DNA from: an uncultured delta proteobacterium
GTDB taxonomy: Bacteria; Desulfobacterota; Binatia; UBA9968
Assembly (NCBI GenBank): GCA_963760795.1
Contig: CAVXEP010000007.1
Location: 96,001 to 160,000 of the forward strand
DNA: 64,000 nucleotides
Direction: 5' to 3'
The notes under the pieces were generated by a model that searched no databases, had not been told where the DNA came from, and was given only the letters and a program-made list of their open reading frames with translations. How positions within the stretch are numbered: the first letter of the stretch is position 1; each line of letters opens with the position of its first letter. Both the position numbers and the translations under genes were made by a program. This document shows positions 21,092 through 30,855 of the stretch, piece by piece.

Positions 21092-22366
21092 CTACAGTTT
21101 GAAAAACCGTCTGGCTTTAAGTTCAAATCGCGGCAATGTTCCCGGCGCGACCAAGTCAACATCGGCGCGCAGCCCGATGCGCTGGCGCAACCGCTGGGAA
21201 ATTTCCTGGCGCAAGGCGTCGCCGGTGCCGTGAAGCACGCTTGGCTCGACCACCAGCCTGATCTCGCGCATCGCTTCGCGTTCGAAGACTTCGACGCGAA
21301 ACTCCTCGATCTCGGCGAACTCACGGATGACGTTTTCCACCGCGCTGGGAAACACGTTGACGCCGCGCACCACGACCATATCATCGACCCGCCCAAGCAC
21401 GCCACCTTGCAAGAGCAGGAATGGCCGGCCGCATGGACAGGATGCATAACTCGGTTCAACCAGATCGCCGGTGCGGTAGCGGATGACCGGGCTGCCGATC
21501 CTGCCCAGGTTGGTGAGCACGAGCTCGCCCTGGTCATTTTCATCCACGGGGGCAAGGCTGACGGGATCGACAACTTCGGCGATGAATTCATTCTCGTTGA
21601 CGTGGACGCCGCCGGTCTGGAACTCGCACTGAAATCCGAAGGCGCCGACCTCGGTGGCGCCCGGGTGGTCGAAGCAGCGTGCGCCCCAGGATTCTTCGAT
21701 AATTTTTCGCGTGCTCGGAATGCTCGCTCCAGGCTCGCCGGCGTGAATGGCGATTCTGACGGCGGAATTTTTGGCTAGATCTATGCCAGCTTTTTTCGCT
21801 TCCGCCGCCAGATGGAGCGCGTAGGTCGGCGTGCAGACCAATACGGTCGCGCCGTAATCGACCATCGATTTCAGCCGCTGCGCGGTCGACTGCGCGCCAC
21901 CGGAAATCGCCAGCGCGCCGATTTTTCGCGCGCCTTCCCAGCCAGCCCAGAAGCCGATGAACGGGCCGAACGAGAAAGCGAAATAAATACGATCGTGAGC
22001 GCCAACTCCCGCGGCAGCAAAAATTGTTTTCCAGCACTCGGCCCACCAATTCCACGACTGTTCGGTATCGAGCCAGTACAAGGGTTTGCCGGTGGTTCCT
22101 GAAGTCTGGTGGATGCGGATGTAATCTTGCTGGGCAAAGGTCAGATCGCTGCCAAAGGGCGCATGGCGCTGCTGGTCCTCGACCAACTCGCTCTTGGTTG
22201 TAAACGGCAGCTCGCGCAAGGACGCCAGCGAATCAATATTTTCAACATTGGCCTGGGCAAACTTGCCGCGATAGAATTGATTCGCTGGCAAAAGCCTGTC
22301 GAGCATTTCGCCCAGCCGCGCAAGCTGCTGTTGCTCTAGGTGTTCGCGGCTCGAAGAAACATTCAT
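21092..22366 (-). CDS. Phenylacetate-CoA ligase (PaaK)-family acyl-CoA ligase
   Basis: LPFTTK, HQTSGTTG, AGEPG, GATE, IRYRTGD, GRVDDM, GVNVFPS. Confidence 0.88.
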   Translation of the reverse strand: MNVSSSREHLEQQQLARLGEMLDRLLPANQFYRGKFAQANVENIDSLASLRELPFTTKSELVEDQQRHAPFGSDLTFAQQDYIRIHQTSGTTGKPLYWLDTEQSWNWWAECWKTIFAAAGVGAHDRIYFAFSFGPFIGFWAGWEGARKIGALAISGGAQSTAQRLKSMVDYGATVLVCTPTYALHLAAEAKKAGIDLAKNSAVRIAIHAGEPGASIPSTRKIIEESWGARCFDHPGATEVGAFGFQCEFQTGGVHVNENEFIAEVVDPVSLAPVDENDQGELVLTNLGRIGSPVIRYRTGDLVEPSYASCPCGRPFLLLQGGVLGRVDDMVVVRGVNVFPSAVENVIREFAEIEEFRVEVFEREAMREIRLVVEPSVLHGTGDALRQEISQRLRQRIGLRADVDLVAPGTLPRFELKARRFFKL

Positions 22367-22378
22367 GGCGATGGCAGA

Positions 22379-23245
22379 CTATGCTTTGCCCGGTTCGATG
22401 ATTTTCCCCGCTGCGAAATCGACGACCACTTCCCAACCGCGCTCGGCGAACAGGCGATGGGTTGCTGCGGCGCCGGGAAGAGCGATGCCCGCTTTGCCGG
22501 CCAATTCCATGGCTCGGCCGGTGCGCTCGGGGCGTAAATTCAAACGATAGCGTTTGTCGCCGAGATTGAAGACGCCGTTGACCAGTTCGTCCAACCGCCA
22601 GCTCTGAGCGCAGCCGGCGGAGGCGGCGCGGGCAAAACTTTGCAGATCCAGACCCATCTTCTCGGCCAGTTGCAATCCTTCGTAAATCGCCAGTTGGGAG
22701 AACGTCTGCATCATCTCGTTGATGATCTTGCCCAGCTGGCCGTTGCCGTTCTTGCCCAGATAGGTGACCGTGCGGCCGATGATCTGCAGCACCGGCAGGC
22801 TCTGCTGGAACGCCTGGTAGCTGCCGCCGACGAATAGAGTCAAGTTGCCGTTGGTCGCGCCGATATCGGCGCCGCTCAGCGGCGAGTCGAGCATCTCGAT
22901 GCCGCCCTGGCGCAAGCTTGACGAGATTCTAACCGCCAGCTCCGCAGCGGTGCTGCTGAGATCGACGAACAAAGGCGCCGGGGTTGCGGCTTTGTCGATG
23001 CCCTGTTTGCCCAGGGCAACTTCCTCGAGGTCGCCGGCTTGGAGCGAAGCGATGACGATGGTCGCATGATCGGCGACTTCGGCGGGGGATCCAGCTTCCA
23101 GCGCACCCTCGCGCAAAAGCGGCAGCATTTTTTCTCGCACCAGATCGAAAACCGTCAAGGGATAGCCGGCGCGCAAAAGGCGCAGGGCGATCGCCCCGCC
23201 CATGTTGCCCAGGCCGATAAAGCCAAGCTGTTCAGGCGTTAGCAT
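22379..23245 (-). CDS. Beta-hydroxyacid dehydrogenase (3-hydroxyisobutyrate/tartronate semialdehyde reductase family)
   Basis: GFIGLGNMG, DSPLSG, GNGQLGKIIN. Confidence 0.87.
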   Translation of the reverse strand: MLTPEQLGFIGLGNMGGAIALRLLRAGYPLTVFDLVREKMLPLLREGALEAGSPAEVADHATIVIASLQAGDLEEVALGKQGIDKAATPAPLFVDLSSTAAELAVRISSSLRQGGIEMLDSPLSGADIGATNGNLTLFVGGSYQAFQQSLPVLQIIGRTVTYLGKNGNGQLGKIINEMMQTFSQLAIYEGLQLAEKMGLDLQSFARAASAGCAQSWRLDELVNGVFNLGDKRYRLNLRPERTGRAMELAGKAGIALPGAAATHRLFAERGWEVVVDFAAGKIIEPGKA

Positions 23246-23256
23246 GACGATGCTTT

Positions 23257-24468
23257 CTAACCGAGCTTGGAGATGCTCTCTTGAAGCTCAGGGATGAGAT
23301 CGCGGAGTACCTCGGGAACTTTGTCGATGTCATATTCCTGCAGGCCGATTTCCAGATCGATGCTGGCGAGTTGTGTTTCTAACACGCCTTTGGGCCGCTT
23401 GCCGTTGGCCACCGCGGCGATGCCTTCGCGCAGCATTTTGCGCAGGAGCAAGATGGCGCGGTCGCCGTAGCCGGGATGTTCGAGGGTGCGATCGACGATC
23501 GCGCCCTGGCTTTCGACCATGGCTTTGTCTTCCAGCGGAATATTGCCGCGGATCTCGCCGTAGAATCTACGGTCGTAGGGTTTGCGCTCTCGCTGCTTGG
23601 CCTTTTCGACGTAGCCGCCGTGATAACTTTTCTGCTCGGGCGCTTTGGAATAGACGGTGAGGCGCATCTCCTCGCAGTGGGTATCGTCGATGGGCAGAAG
23701 CCAAATCGCCTGCTGGATCGGCTGCTCAAGTCCGCCGCCTTCGTCCCAGGGTTCGCGCGACTTGCGGTTGATGTTGGGAAGCACGGTACAACGCCGGCGC
23801 ACTTGTACCCTGTTGGGCGTCGCGCCGGGCGAGACGATGTAGATCGTCACGCCGTAGTCGCTCTCCACGGCTTTAAAGATCGGACATTGTTTATAGATGC
23901 CGTGGAGATAAGTCATGTGCGTGGTGTCGGTGGTGTTCTCCGCGCCCTGAAGCCAATTGCAGCTGTAGCCTTTGCCGAGCCGGGTGTCGCCCCGTTCGGC
24001 GACGCGATGGCCATCCATCACCAAGACATCGTAGCGCGGCAGCGGCGGCGGATTGGTTTTTTCCGGTCCCATGTAGGCAAAGACAAAGCCGCCCAACTCC
24101 TCGACCGGATACCAGGGATGGCGAATGTTGGGCGCGCTCTTGATCGGTTCGGCGGGGCGGTCGACGATGTTGCCCTTCCGGTCGTAACACCAGCCATGAT
24201 AGGCGCAACGAATGCCGTGATTTTCAATGATGCCGTACTCCAAAGAAGCTCTTCGATGAGCGCACTGGCGTCCGAGCAGGGTTAGAGAGCCGGAGAGATC
24301 GCGAAACAGCACCAGCTGTTCACCCAGGGCGTCGACCGGCACCGGAATGTCTTTGACTTCGTCGGAGAGCGCCACCGGCCACCAAAATTGGCGCAAATAG
24401 TTGCCGCCGAGACTTCCCGGCCCGACCTTCACGATGTCGTCCCAACTGAGATCGCTCGCTGTGGTCAT
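23257..24468 (-). CDS. Rieske non-heme iron oxygenase alpha subunit
   Basis: CAH...CAYH, ENTTDTTHMTYLH, EDKAMVESQG. Confidence 0.9.
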   Translation of the reverse strand: MTTASDLSWDDIVKVGPGSLGGNYLRQFWWPVALSDEVKDIPVPVDALGEQLVLFRDLSGSLTLLGRQCAHRRASLEYGIIENHGIRCAYHGWCYDRKGNIVDRPAEPIKSAPNIRHPWYPVEELGGFVFAYMGPEKTNPPPLPRYDVLVMDGHRVAERGDTRLGKGYSCNWLQGAENTTDTTHMTYLHGIYKQCPIFKAVESDYGVTIYIVSPGATPNRVQVRRRCTVLPNINRKSREPWDEGGGLEQPIQQAIWLLPIDDTHCEEMRLTVYSKAPEQKSYHGGYVEKAKQRERKPYDRRFYGEIRGNIPLEDKAMVESQGAIVDRTLEHPGYGDRAILLLRKMLREGIAAVANGKRPKGVLETQLASIDLEIGLQEYDIDKVPEVLRDLIPELQESISKLG

Positions 24469-24596
24469 CTATTTTTACCTCCGTTCATAATCCACCGTGG
24501 CACACGAAGATTTTGCAGAACTCTTTCCCATTTTGTTGCGGCTCTGCTGCGCCAGGCTCGTTGTGATTAATTCGTTTTCCGCTGTTCCACGGCGGT

Positions 24597-25580
24597 TTAG
24601 CGATACAGCTGTTGAAAAAACCCTTCCCGTTCGAGATTGCGCAAGATCGTGTCGTCGTAAAATTCTTCCGGCTTGGCCGTTTTGGCGCGGGGCTCGTCGG
24701 ACAGGCTTTCCAACGCCAGGCGAATGCCGTTAAGGGTCGGATAGGGAATGCGCGGCATCTTGGGCGCGAACAGATTGTAGGTTTCGTCGAGAATTCCTTG
24801 ATCCTGAACCCGCAGGTACTTTCCCATCACGCGCTTGGTAAACGCACCATCGGTCTTGTAGCGGTGCAGGCCTTCGGCATAGCCCATGAGAAATCGGCGC
24901 GCCATGTCCGGCTGGGTCTGGAGAAAACGGTCGGTGACGGTCACGTTGGAATTGGGAAACTCGAGGCCGATGTCGGAGAAATCCACCAGCTCTTTGAATC
25001 CCTTTCTGATCGCTGCGGCCGTGGTCGGGTAAGATAGTACGCCGCCGTGAATCGCGCCGGTCTGGAGCGCGACGAAGATCCCCTGGGCCTCGCCGAACTG
25101 GAGAAAAGTAACATCGCGATCCGCAATGTTGTGCTTTTTCAAAAGATAACGCATGCCGAAGTCGGTATTGCTGCCGAAGCGCGAGATGCCCAGACGTTTG
25201 CCTTTCAAGTCGGTCATGCTGCGAATGTCGGTCTGAGTAATCATCGACAGCGCGAGAGTATTAAAAGCCACCGCGATGATTTTTATTTCCGCGCCGCGCA
25301 GCCGGGCGCCCAACGGCGCGGCGCCGCCCACCTGGCCAATCTTGATATCGCCGCCGACCAGGGCCTGGACCATCTTGGTGCCGGTGCTGATGTAGATCAG
25401 ATCCACATCGAGACCGTGGCGCTGAAACGCGCCCGCCTCCTTGGCGAGCCAAAGCACGGCTTGGGTTCCCGACAGAGAGCTGTAGGCCGCGACCAATTTC
25501 TGCCCGCTCTGCGCCGCGACTAGCCTAGCGCAGCCGATTACGACAAGCAGGAAAATGCTGGCGCAACGGAAGGGTGTCAT
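24597..25580 (-). CDS. NitT/TauT-family ABC substrate-binding protein
   Basis: Signal peptide, FQRHGLDVDL, LKGKRLGISRFGS. Confidence 0.9.
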   Translation of the reverse strand: MTPFRCASIFLLVVIGCARLVAAQSGQKLVAAYSSLSGTQAVLWLAKEAGAFQRHGLDVDLIYISTGTKMVQALVGGDIKIGQVGGAAPLGARLRGAEIKIIAVAFNTLALSMITQTDIRSMTDLKGKRLGISRFGSNTDFGMRYLLKKHNIADRDVTFLQFGEAQGIFVALQTGAIHGGVLSYPTTAAAIRKGFKELVDFSDIGLEFPNSNVTVTDRFLQTQPDMARRFLMGYAEGLHRYKTDGAFTKRVMGKYLRVQDQGILDETYNLFAPKMPRIPYPTLNGIRLALESLSDEPRAKTAKPEEFYDDTILRNLEREGFFQQLYR

Positions 25581-25680
25581 TTCGCTCCGACTCTACGCGA
25601 GCGGCAAAGTTCAAGTCAAGGAAGTGACCAGCGTGAGTTTGCCTTGACAAGCACAACCGTGCATAGGAGATTTGCCTGCC

Positions 25681-26655
25681 ATGGCCAAGATCGTTTTAGG
25701 ACTGGCGACCTCGCACAGCCCGATGCTGTGCGTGCCGTCGAACCAGTGGGTGACGAGCTACGGTGCCAAGGATCAGCATGATCCGAGCTTGCCGCACTAC
25801 CCCGAGCTGCACCGGCAAAATTCCGCGCGGCTCGTGGCAGAGATAACCGCTGAAAAATGTCAGGAGCGGTTCGCCCTGGTGCAGGGAGCCATGGACCGGA
25901 TGGCGAAAACCTTGCAACGAATCTCCCCGGACGCCGTGATCGTCATCGGCGACGATCATCACGAAATGTTTCCCGAAGATCACATGCCCGCGGTCAACGT
26001 CTATTGGGGCGACAAGTATTTAAATTCCCCCGCGGACATGGAAAGGATTCCACCCTTTCGCCGCGCCGGCATGTGGGCCTATCATCCGCAGGAGCCGGAG
26101 TGGTATCCCTGCGACGCCGAGCTGGGACTGCGGTTGATCGAGTCGCTGATCGAGCAACAGTTCGATATCGCGCACTCGCGCGCGGTGTCGTCGGATCGCG
26201 GCATCGGCCATGCGTTTAACTTCATCGTGCGCCGCTTCATGTCGGCGATCGAACCGATCCCGCTGGTGCCGATTTTTCTCAATACCTATTTCCCGCCGAC
26301 CCAACCCACCGTGCGGCGCTGCTACGCGTTCGGCATGGCGCTGCGGCAAGCGGTGGAAAGTTGGGATGCCGACAAGACCGTTGCCGTGGTCGCTTCTGGT
26401 GGCTTGTCCCACTTCGTCATCGATGAAGCGATGGACCGCGCCCTGCTCGCCGCCATGGCGCAAAAAGATCGGGCCGCGCTCTGCCGCTGGCCGGAGCAAA
26501 TCTTTCAGTCGGGCACCTCGGAGATCAAGACCTGGATGGTTCTTGCCGGCGCCATGGAACAGACCGCGCTCCAAATGGGCTTGATCGATTACGTTACCTG
26601 CTACCGCTCGCTGGCCGGCACCGGCGTCGGCGCCGGATTCGCCGAGTGGGTGTGA
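25681..26655 (+). CDS. LigB-superfamily extradiol dioxygenase (3-O-methylgallate dioxygenase DesZ-like)
   Basis: MAKIVLGLATSHSPML, GDDHHE, GHAF, NTYFPP, SGGLSHF, SGTSEIKTW. Confidence 0.85.
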   Translation: MAKIVLGLATSHSPMLCVPSNQWVTSYGAKDQHDPSLPHYPELHRQNSARLVAEITAEKCQERFALVQGAMDRMAKTLQRISPDAVIVIGDDHHEMFPEDHMPAVNVYWGDKYLNSPADMERIPPFRRAGMWAYHPQEPEWYPCDAELGLRLIESLIEQQFDIAHSRAVSSDRGIGHAFNFIVRRFMSAIEPIPLVPIFLNTYFPPTQPTVRRCYAFGMALRQAVESWDADKTVAVVASGGLSHFVIDEAMDRALLAAMAQKDRAALCRWPEQIFQSGTSEIKTWMVLAGAMEQTALQMGLIDYVTCYRSLAGTGVGAGFAEWV

Positions 26656-26873
26656 TTGAGCCATCGGCGTCGCGTCGCATTCGAAAATTTTTCGCCGAGT
26701 CTGAGCACACTTCATGCCGCCAGAAGTTTTTTAATCGCTGTAACCGAGATAGAACTGCAAGGCGATCCATCCGAAGCCCGCACAAGACAGGCGAGTGCTT
26801 GACGCTACTCAGCCTTGCCCTGGTCATTCGCCTTGTTATAACCTGCCCCTCTCAAGCTATAGTCGGGAAACCC

Positions 26874-27680
26874 ATGGCGGCATTAACCAAGATCGAAATT
26901 CGCGATGTCGAGCATGTCTACCAAAGCGACTTCGCAACCGTCCCGGCATTGGCGAGCGTGAGTCTTACGGTCGGCGACGGCGAATTTGTCGCGCTGTTGG
27001 GGCCAAGCGGCTGCGGCAAGTCCTCGCTGTTACGCATCGTCGCGGAGCTGTTGCGACCGACGGCCGGCTCCGTGCAAATTTTTTCTTCAAGCGGTTTAGT
27101 TCAACAAGGCAACGGCCGGCCAAAAACCGCGCTGGTGTTTCAAGAGTATGCGCTATTTCCCTGGCGCACGGTCCTCGATAATGTCACCTTCCCGCTGGAG
27201 ATGCGCGGCATGACCCGTCATGACGGTCTGACTCGGGCAGGCGCGGTGTTGGCGCGCGTAGGGCTGCAACCGTTCGCCGGCGCTTACCCGCATCAGCTCT
27301 CAGGCGGCATGCGTCAGCGCGTCGGCATCGCCCGCGCCCTGGCGGCCGAGCCTGAGGTGCTGCTGATGGATGAACCGTTCGGCGCGCTCGATGCGCAGAC
27401 CCGCACGGTGCTGCAAGAAGAACTGCTGCGGGTGTGGGAAAGCGAGCGCAAAACCGTTCTCTACGTTACCCACAGCATCGACGAAGCCGTCTATCTGGCC
27501 GACCGCATCGTGCTCCTGACGGCGCGCCCTGGGCGGATCAAAGCCGAGTATGCGGTAGAGTTGCCGCGCCCGCGCCATATGGAGATGCGCGGTTGGAGTA
27601 CCTACACGAAGTTGTCGTTGGAAATTTGGCACGCGCTCAAAGACGAAGTGGATATGGCGTTGGCTTCGGAAGTGCCATGA
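26874..27680 (+). CDS. NitT/TauT ABC transporter ATP-binding protein
   Basis: GPSGCGKS, LSGGMRQR, LLMDEPF, YVTH. Confidence 0.93.
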   Translation: MAALTKIEIRDVEHVYQSDFATVPALASVSLTVGDGEFVALLGPSGCGKSSLLRIVAELLRPTAGSVQIFSSSGLVQQGNGRPKTALVFQEYALFPWRTVLDNVTFPLEMRGMTRHDGLTRAGAVLARVGLQPFAGAYPHQLSGGMRQRVGIARALAAEPEVLLMDEPFGALDAQTRTVLQEELLRVWESERKTVLYVTHSIDEAVYLADRIVLLTARPGRIKAEYAVELPRPRHMEMRGWSTYTKLSLEIWHALKDEVDMALASEVP

Positions 27681-27950
27681 CTCGCGCAAGTAATGGCAAC
27701 AGGGCGGTGGTGCGGCCTTTGCGAACTTCGCGTGCCTGGCGCGAACCAAATCCGAATCCGGAGAAGAAATTTTCTCGCAAAGGCGCAAAGACGCCAAGGT
27801 AAGATTCGGATTTTTTCGGGGTCGGTTCGATCCCTAAACTTTGCGCCTTGGCGTCTTGGCGAGAGTAATATCCGAATTCCGAGAAGAATTATCTCGCGCA
27901 AAGCATTTCCTGAGCACCGTCGAAGGGAGCGCAATGGACGCCAAGCTCGG
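27681..27950. repeat. Composite repeat: cgcaaag/cgccaag periodic inverted arms with a nested cctgagc-gtcgaaggg unit
   Basis: tctcgcaaaggcgcaaagacgccaag ... ctttgcgccttggcgtcttggcgaga; tcctgagcaccgtcgaaggg at 27908-27927. Confidence 0.75.
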
Positions 27951-27956
27951 AGAGTA

Positions 27957-28748
27957 ATGATGTCTTCTGGCCTTTTATCTCGCGAGGTCACTATTCCGCT
28001 GGCGACTTCGCTTGCCATGCTCGCCGCTTGGGAAACCCTGGTCCACGCCGGCTTGCTGCGCGCCGCCTTCTTTCCGGCGCCGACGCACATCGCTCACACC
28101 CTTTTCAGCTTGGCCTTGAGTGGCGAGTTGTGGCTTCATATTGCGACGACGTTAGCGCGTCTGATTGCCTCGTTCCTGATGGCAGTGATACCCGGCACGG
28201 CGCTCGGCCTGGCGATGGGCTGGTGGCTCGAGATGCGCCTGGCAGCCGATCCGCTCGTGCGGCTCTTGTTTCCGATCCCGAGCATCGCTTTTTTCCCGGT
28301 GGTGATTTTCTATTTCGGTCTGAGCGAATGGGGCTTGCTTCTGACCGCCGCGATCACGCCGTTTCTCTTGATCACGGTGCAGGCCGCCGCGGCCGTCGAG
28401 GGATTGGAGCGGACGCTCTTGGAAGCAGGGCGGAATTATGGCGCCACCGGACGGCGGCTGTTCATGCGCGTGATACTGCCGGCGGCGCTGCCGCAGCTGT
28501 TCATCGGTTACCGCCTCGCTCTAGGAGTCGGCTTCATCGTCACCGTGGCGGTGGAAATGATCGCGGCTAAACATGGACTAGGCGGTTTTCTCTGGCACTC
28601 CTGGCAGATCCTGCGCATCGAGGAAATGTATGTCGGTCTGGCGCTGATCGGGCTGCTCGGAATTGTCGTAACCTACGGATTGGCAGCGCTCGCGGACCGC
28701 TTAATGCCGTGGCAAGTCGATTTGTTACGCTCGAAGGGACAGCGGTAA
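27957..28748 (+). CDS. NitT/TauT ABC transporter permease
   Basis: Hydrophobic helices, FFPAP, EAGRNYGA, VILPAALP. Confidence 0.9.
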   Translation: MMSSGLLSREVTIPLATSLAMLAAWETLVHAGLLRAAFFPAPTHIAHTLFSLALSGELWLHIATTLARLIASFLMAVIPGTALGLAMGWWLEMRLAADPLVRLLFPIPSIAFFPVVIFYFGLSEWGLLLTAAITPFLLITVQAAAAVEGLERTLLEAGRNYGATGRRLFMRVILPAALPQLFIGYRLALGVGFIVTVAVEMIAAKHGLGGFLWHSWQILRIEEMYVGLALIGLLGIVVTYGLAALADRLMPWQVDLLRSKGQR

Positions 28749-29524
28749 TGGCGCGACGGCATAGCGCTTGGCGCGCTGTTGTTTCTCCGGCGATCGCCGT
28801 CCTCGTCTGGGAGCTGTTAGCGCAGGCTGGAGTCCTGCGCGCCAACTATGTCCCTGCGCCGAGCCAACTGGCACCTCATCTCGTCGAGCTTTTGGCCGGT
28901 GGCGAGCTGTGGCGCCACCTCTCCGTGACTCTGTATAGGCTTTCACTGAGTTTTCTATTCGCGCTCATCCCCGCCGTGCTGCTAGGCTTGAGTCTGGGCA
29001 TGTCGCGCGGCTTGCAGCTAGCTCTTGAACCTCTGCTCAACTCGCTCTACGCAATCCCGAAAATCGCCCTGTTGCCATTGGTCATGCTGATATTGGGCGT
29101 CAACGAGCGCACGCTGATCTTCACGTCGACGCTGACGAGCTTCGTGCAGATGACCGTGAGCACGACTGGCGGGGTGTTGGCGGTCGATCGCAGCATCTTG
29201 GAAGCGGGCAAGAACTACGGCGCCACCGGCTGGCGTTTGTTCCGCTATGTGCTATTACCCTCAGCCTTGCCGGACATCTTCACCGGCATGCGCATCGGGC
29301 TGGGTCTGACCCTGGTTCTGGTGATCGCCGTTGAGCTGACCGCCGCGCAGGAAGGGCTCGGCGCGTTTCTTTGGACCGCGGGCCAGACTTTTTCGGCGAA
29401 AAATTTATTCTCCGCATTCATCGTGATCGGCGTCCTCGGTTGGACGCTCAGCTATGGACTGGAGCGCATCGGGCGGTGGTTAATGCCTTGGCAGCAGCGG
29501 TCGAGCGCTGCTATGTTCTTGTAA
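28748..29524 (+). CDS. NitT/TauT ABC transporter permease
   Basis: IPKIALLP, EAGKNYGA, LLPSALP; TAATG coupling to previous gene. Confidence 0.9.
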   Translation: MARRHSAWRAVVSPAIAVLVWELLAQAGVLRANYVPAPSQLAPHLVELLAGGELWRHLSVTLYRLSLSFLFALIPAVLLGLSLGMSRGLQLALEPLLNSLYAIPKIALLPLVMLILGVNERTLIFTSTLTSFVQMTVSTTGGVLAVDRSILEAGKNYGATGWRLFRYVLLPSALPDIFTGMRIGLGLTLVLVIAVELTAAQEGLGAFLWTAGQTFSAKNLFSAFIVIGVLGWTLSYGLERIGRWLMPWQQRSSAAMFL

Positions 29525-29548
29525 GGCTGGCAAAAGGCGGCAAGAACA

Positions 29549-29678
29549 GAAATTCGAAGCGCGGCCGAACCGAAACAAATTGATGAAAAACAACTCAATG
29601 CTCCGAACGAGAAGGATCGGATTCGGTTTGTTTCAGTTTGTGGCCCGTTTTCGATTTCGGCTTCGGATTTTATTTCGC
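29549..29678. repeat. tccgaaacaaatt/tttcggattt-type imperfect inverted repeat
   Basis: aattcgaagc...cgaaacaaatt ... ttcgatttcggcttcggatttt; similar to 38606-38770. Confidence 0.55.
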
Positions 29679-29718
29679 TAGCGTCTTGACGCGAGGAATA
29701 ATTTGAGGAGGAAAACAT

Positions 29719-30723
29719 ATGAACGGCAGTAAATCGTGGCTTAGTGTACTGCTTGTCCTTGGAGTTGCGATCTCACTGGGCACCAACGGTTGGGCGCAAT
29801 CGGTGGTGAAGATCGGTTTCGTTCCTTCCGAATCGTTTGCGCCGCTGTTCGTGGCGCACGAGCGGGGTTATTTCAAGGCGCAGGGTATAACCACCGAGCT
29901 GGTGCGCTTGCCCAGCGGCGCGGCGATTCTTACCCAGGTTTCCACCGGCGACATTCAAGCGGGCGGCGGCGCTCTGGGCGCGGCGGCATTCAACGCGGCC
30001 AATCAGAAACTACCAGTGGCGTTTGTCGCGCCAATGCATTTTGCCTACGTCGAAGATTATCTGGTGATTCGAAAGGTGGAGATTGACGCGGGCCGGTTCA
30101 AGTCCGTCGCTGACTTGCGCGGCAAAGCCTGCGCCATCAATGCCAAAGGCGTGGCAACCGAATGGGTGCTCGACGAAGTGTTGAAACCGGGCGGACTCAG
30201 GATCGACAACGTCGACGTCAAGACACTGCCGTTTCCTGAAATGTTACCGGCCCTGGACAATGGCGCTATTCACTGCGGCATCATCACCGAGCCTTTCGCG
30301 ACGCAAGCGGAGGAGAAAAACATCGGCGTGCGCCCGCTCAAGGCGAAGCCCGGCGCCAAGCCGGTGCCGATCACGGTCGCCTTCTGGAATAGCGACTGGG
30401 CGAAAAAAAACGATAGCGCCGCCAGGGCGTTCATGAGCGGTTATCTGCGCGCGGTGAGAGATTTGAGCGAGCCCAACGCTTGGAAAGCGCCCGTGCACAC
30501 CGAGATCATCAACAAACACACCGGCGTTGCCGCCGCCGTCTTGCTCAAGACGCGCGCGCCGGTTTTCAGTCCCAACCTGGAGCTTGAAGATAAAGAGATG
30601 ATGTCGCAGCAGGAGTTCAACCTGCGGCTGGGTTATTTGAAATACAAAGAGATCAAACCGATTAAAGAATTGGTCGATCTGTCCTACGCTGAAGCGGCGG
30701 TGAAGCAAGCGGGGCGGAAGTAG
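29719..30723 (+). CDS. NitT/TauT-family ABC substrate-binding protein
   Basis: Signal peptide, APLFVAHERGYFKAQG, DLRGK, TEPF; RBS gaggagg. Confidence 0.9.
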   Translation: MNGSKSWLSVLLVLGVAISLGTNGWAQSVVKIGFVPSESFAPLFVAHERGYFKAQGITTELVRLPSGAAILTQVSTGDIQAGGGALGAAAFNAANQKLPVAFVAPMHFAYVEDYLVIRKVEIDAGRFKSVADLRGKACAINAKGVATEWVLDEVLKPGGLRIDNVDVKTLPFPEMLPALDNGAIHCGIITEPFATQAEEKNIGVRPLKAKPGAKPVPITVAFWNSDWAKKNDSAARAFMSGYLRAVRDLSEPNAWKAPVHTEIINKHTGVAAAVLLKTRAPVFSPNLELEDKEMMSQQEFNLRLGYLKYKEIKPIKELVDLSYAEAAVKQAGRK

Positions 30724-30742
30724 CCGGTCATTTTTGAATAAC

Positions 30743-30825
30743 CGTTCAAGACGTTCAAAGATCGGTTGACAAATCGTTCAAACCGGAGTTTGAACGGAGC
30801 GTAGCGGTTAAATTGCTTCTGAACA
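30743..30825. repeat. gttcaa/ttgaac periodic inverted repeat
   Basis: cgttcaagacgttcaa ... ttgaacggagcgtagcggtt. Confidence 0.65.
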
Positions 30826-30855
30826 TCTTGCGCTTTACAACATTGAGGAGCCGCC

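Noticed and set aside
27815-27836. ggttcgatccc resembling a tRNA T-loop
   Set aside because: No cloverleaf or acceptor stem; it lies in the spacer of an inverted repeat.
27693-27956. Long N-terminal extensions in the ORF track (27693, 26646, 31576, 38689, 59610, 9380..10828)
   Set aside because: They translate repeats or overlap neighbours; downstream starts fit the RBS and family N-termini better.
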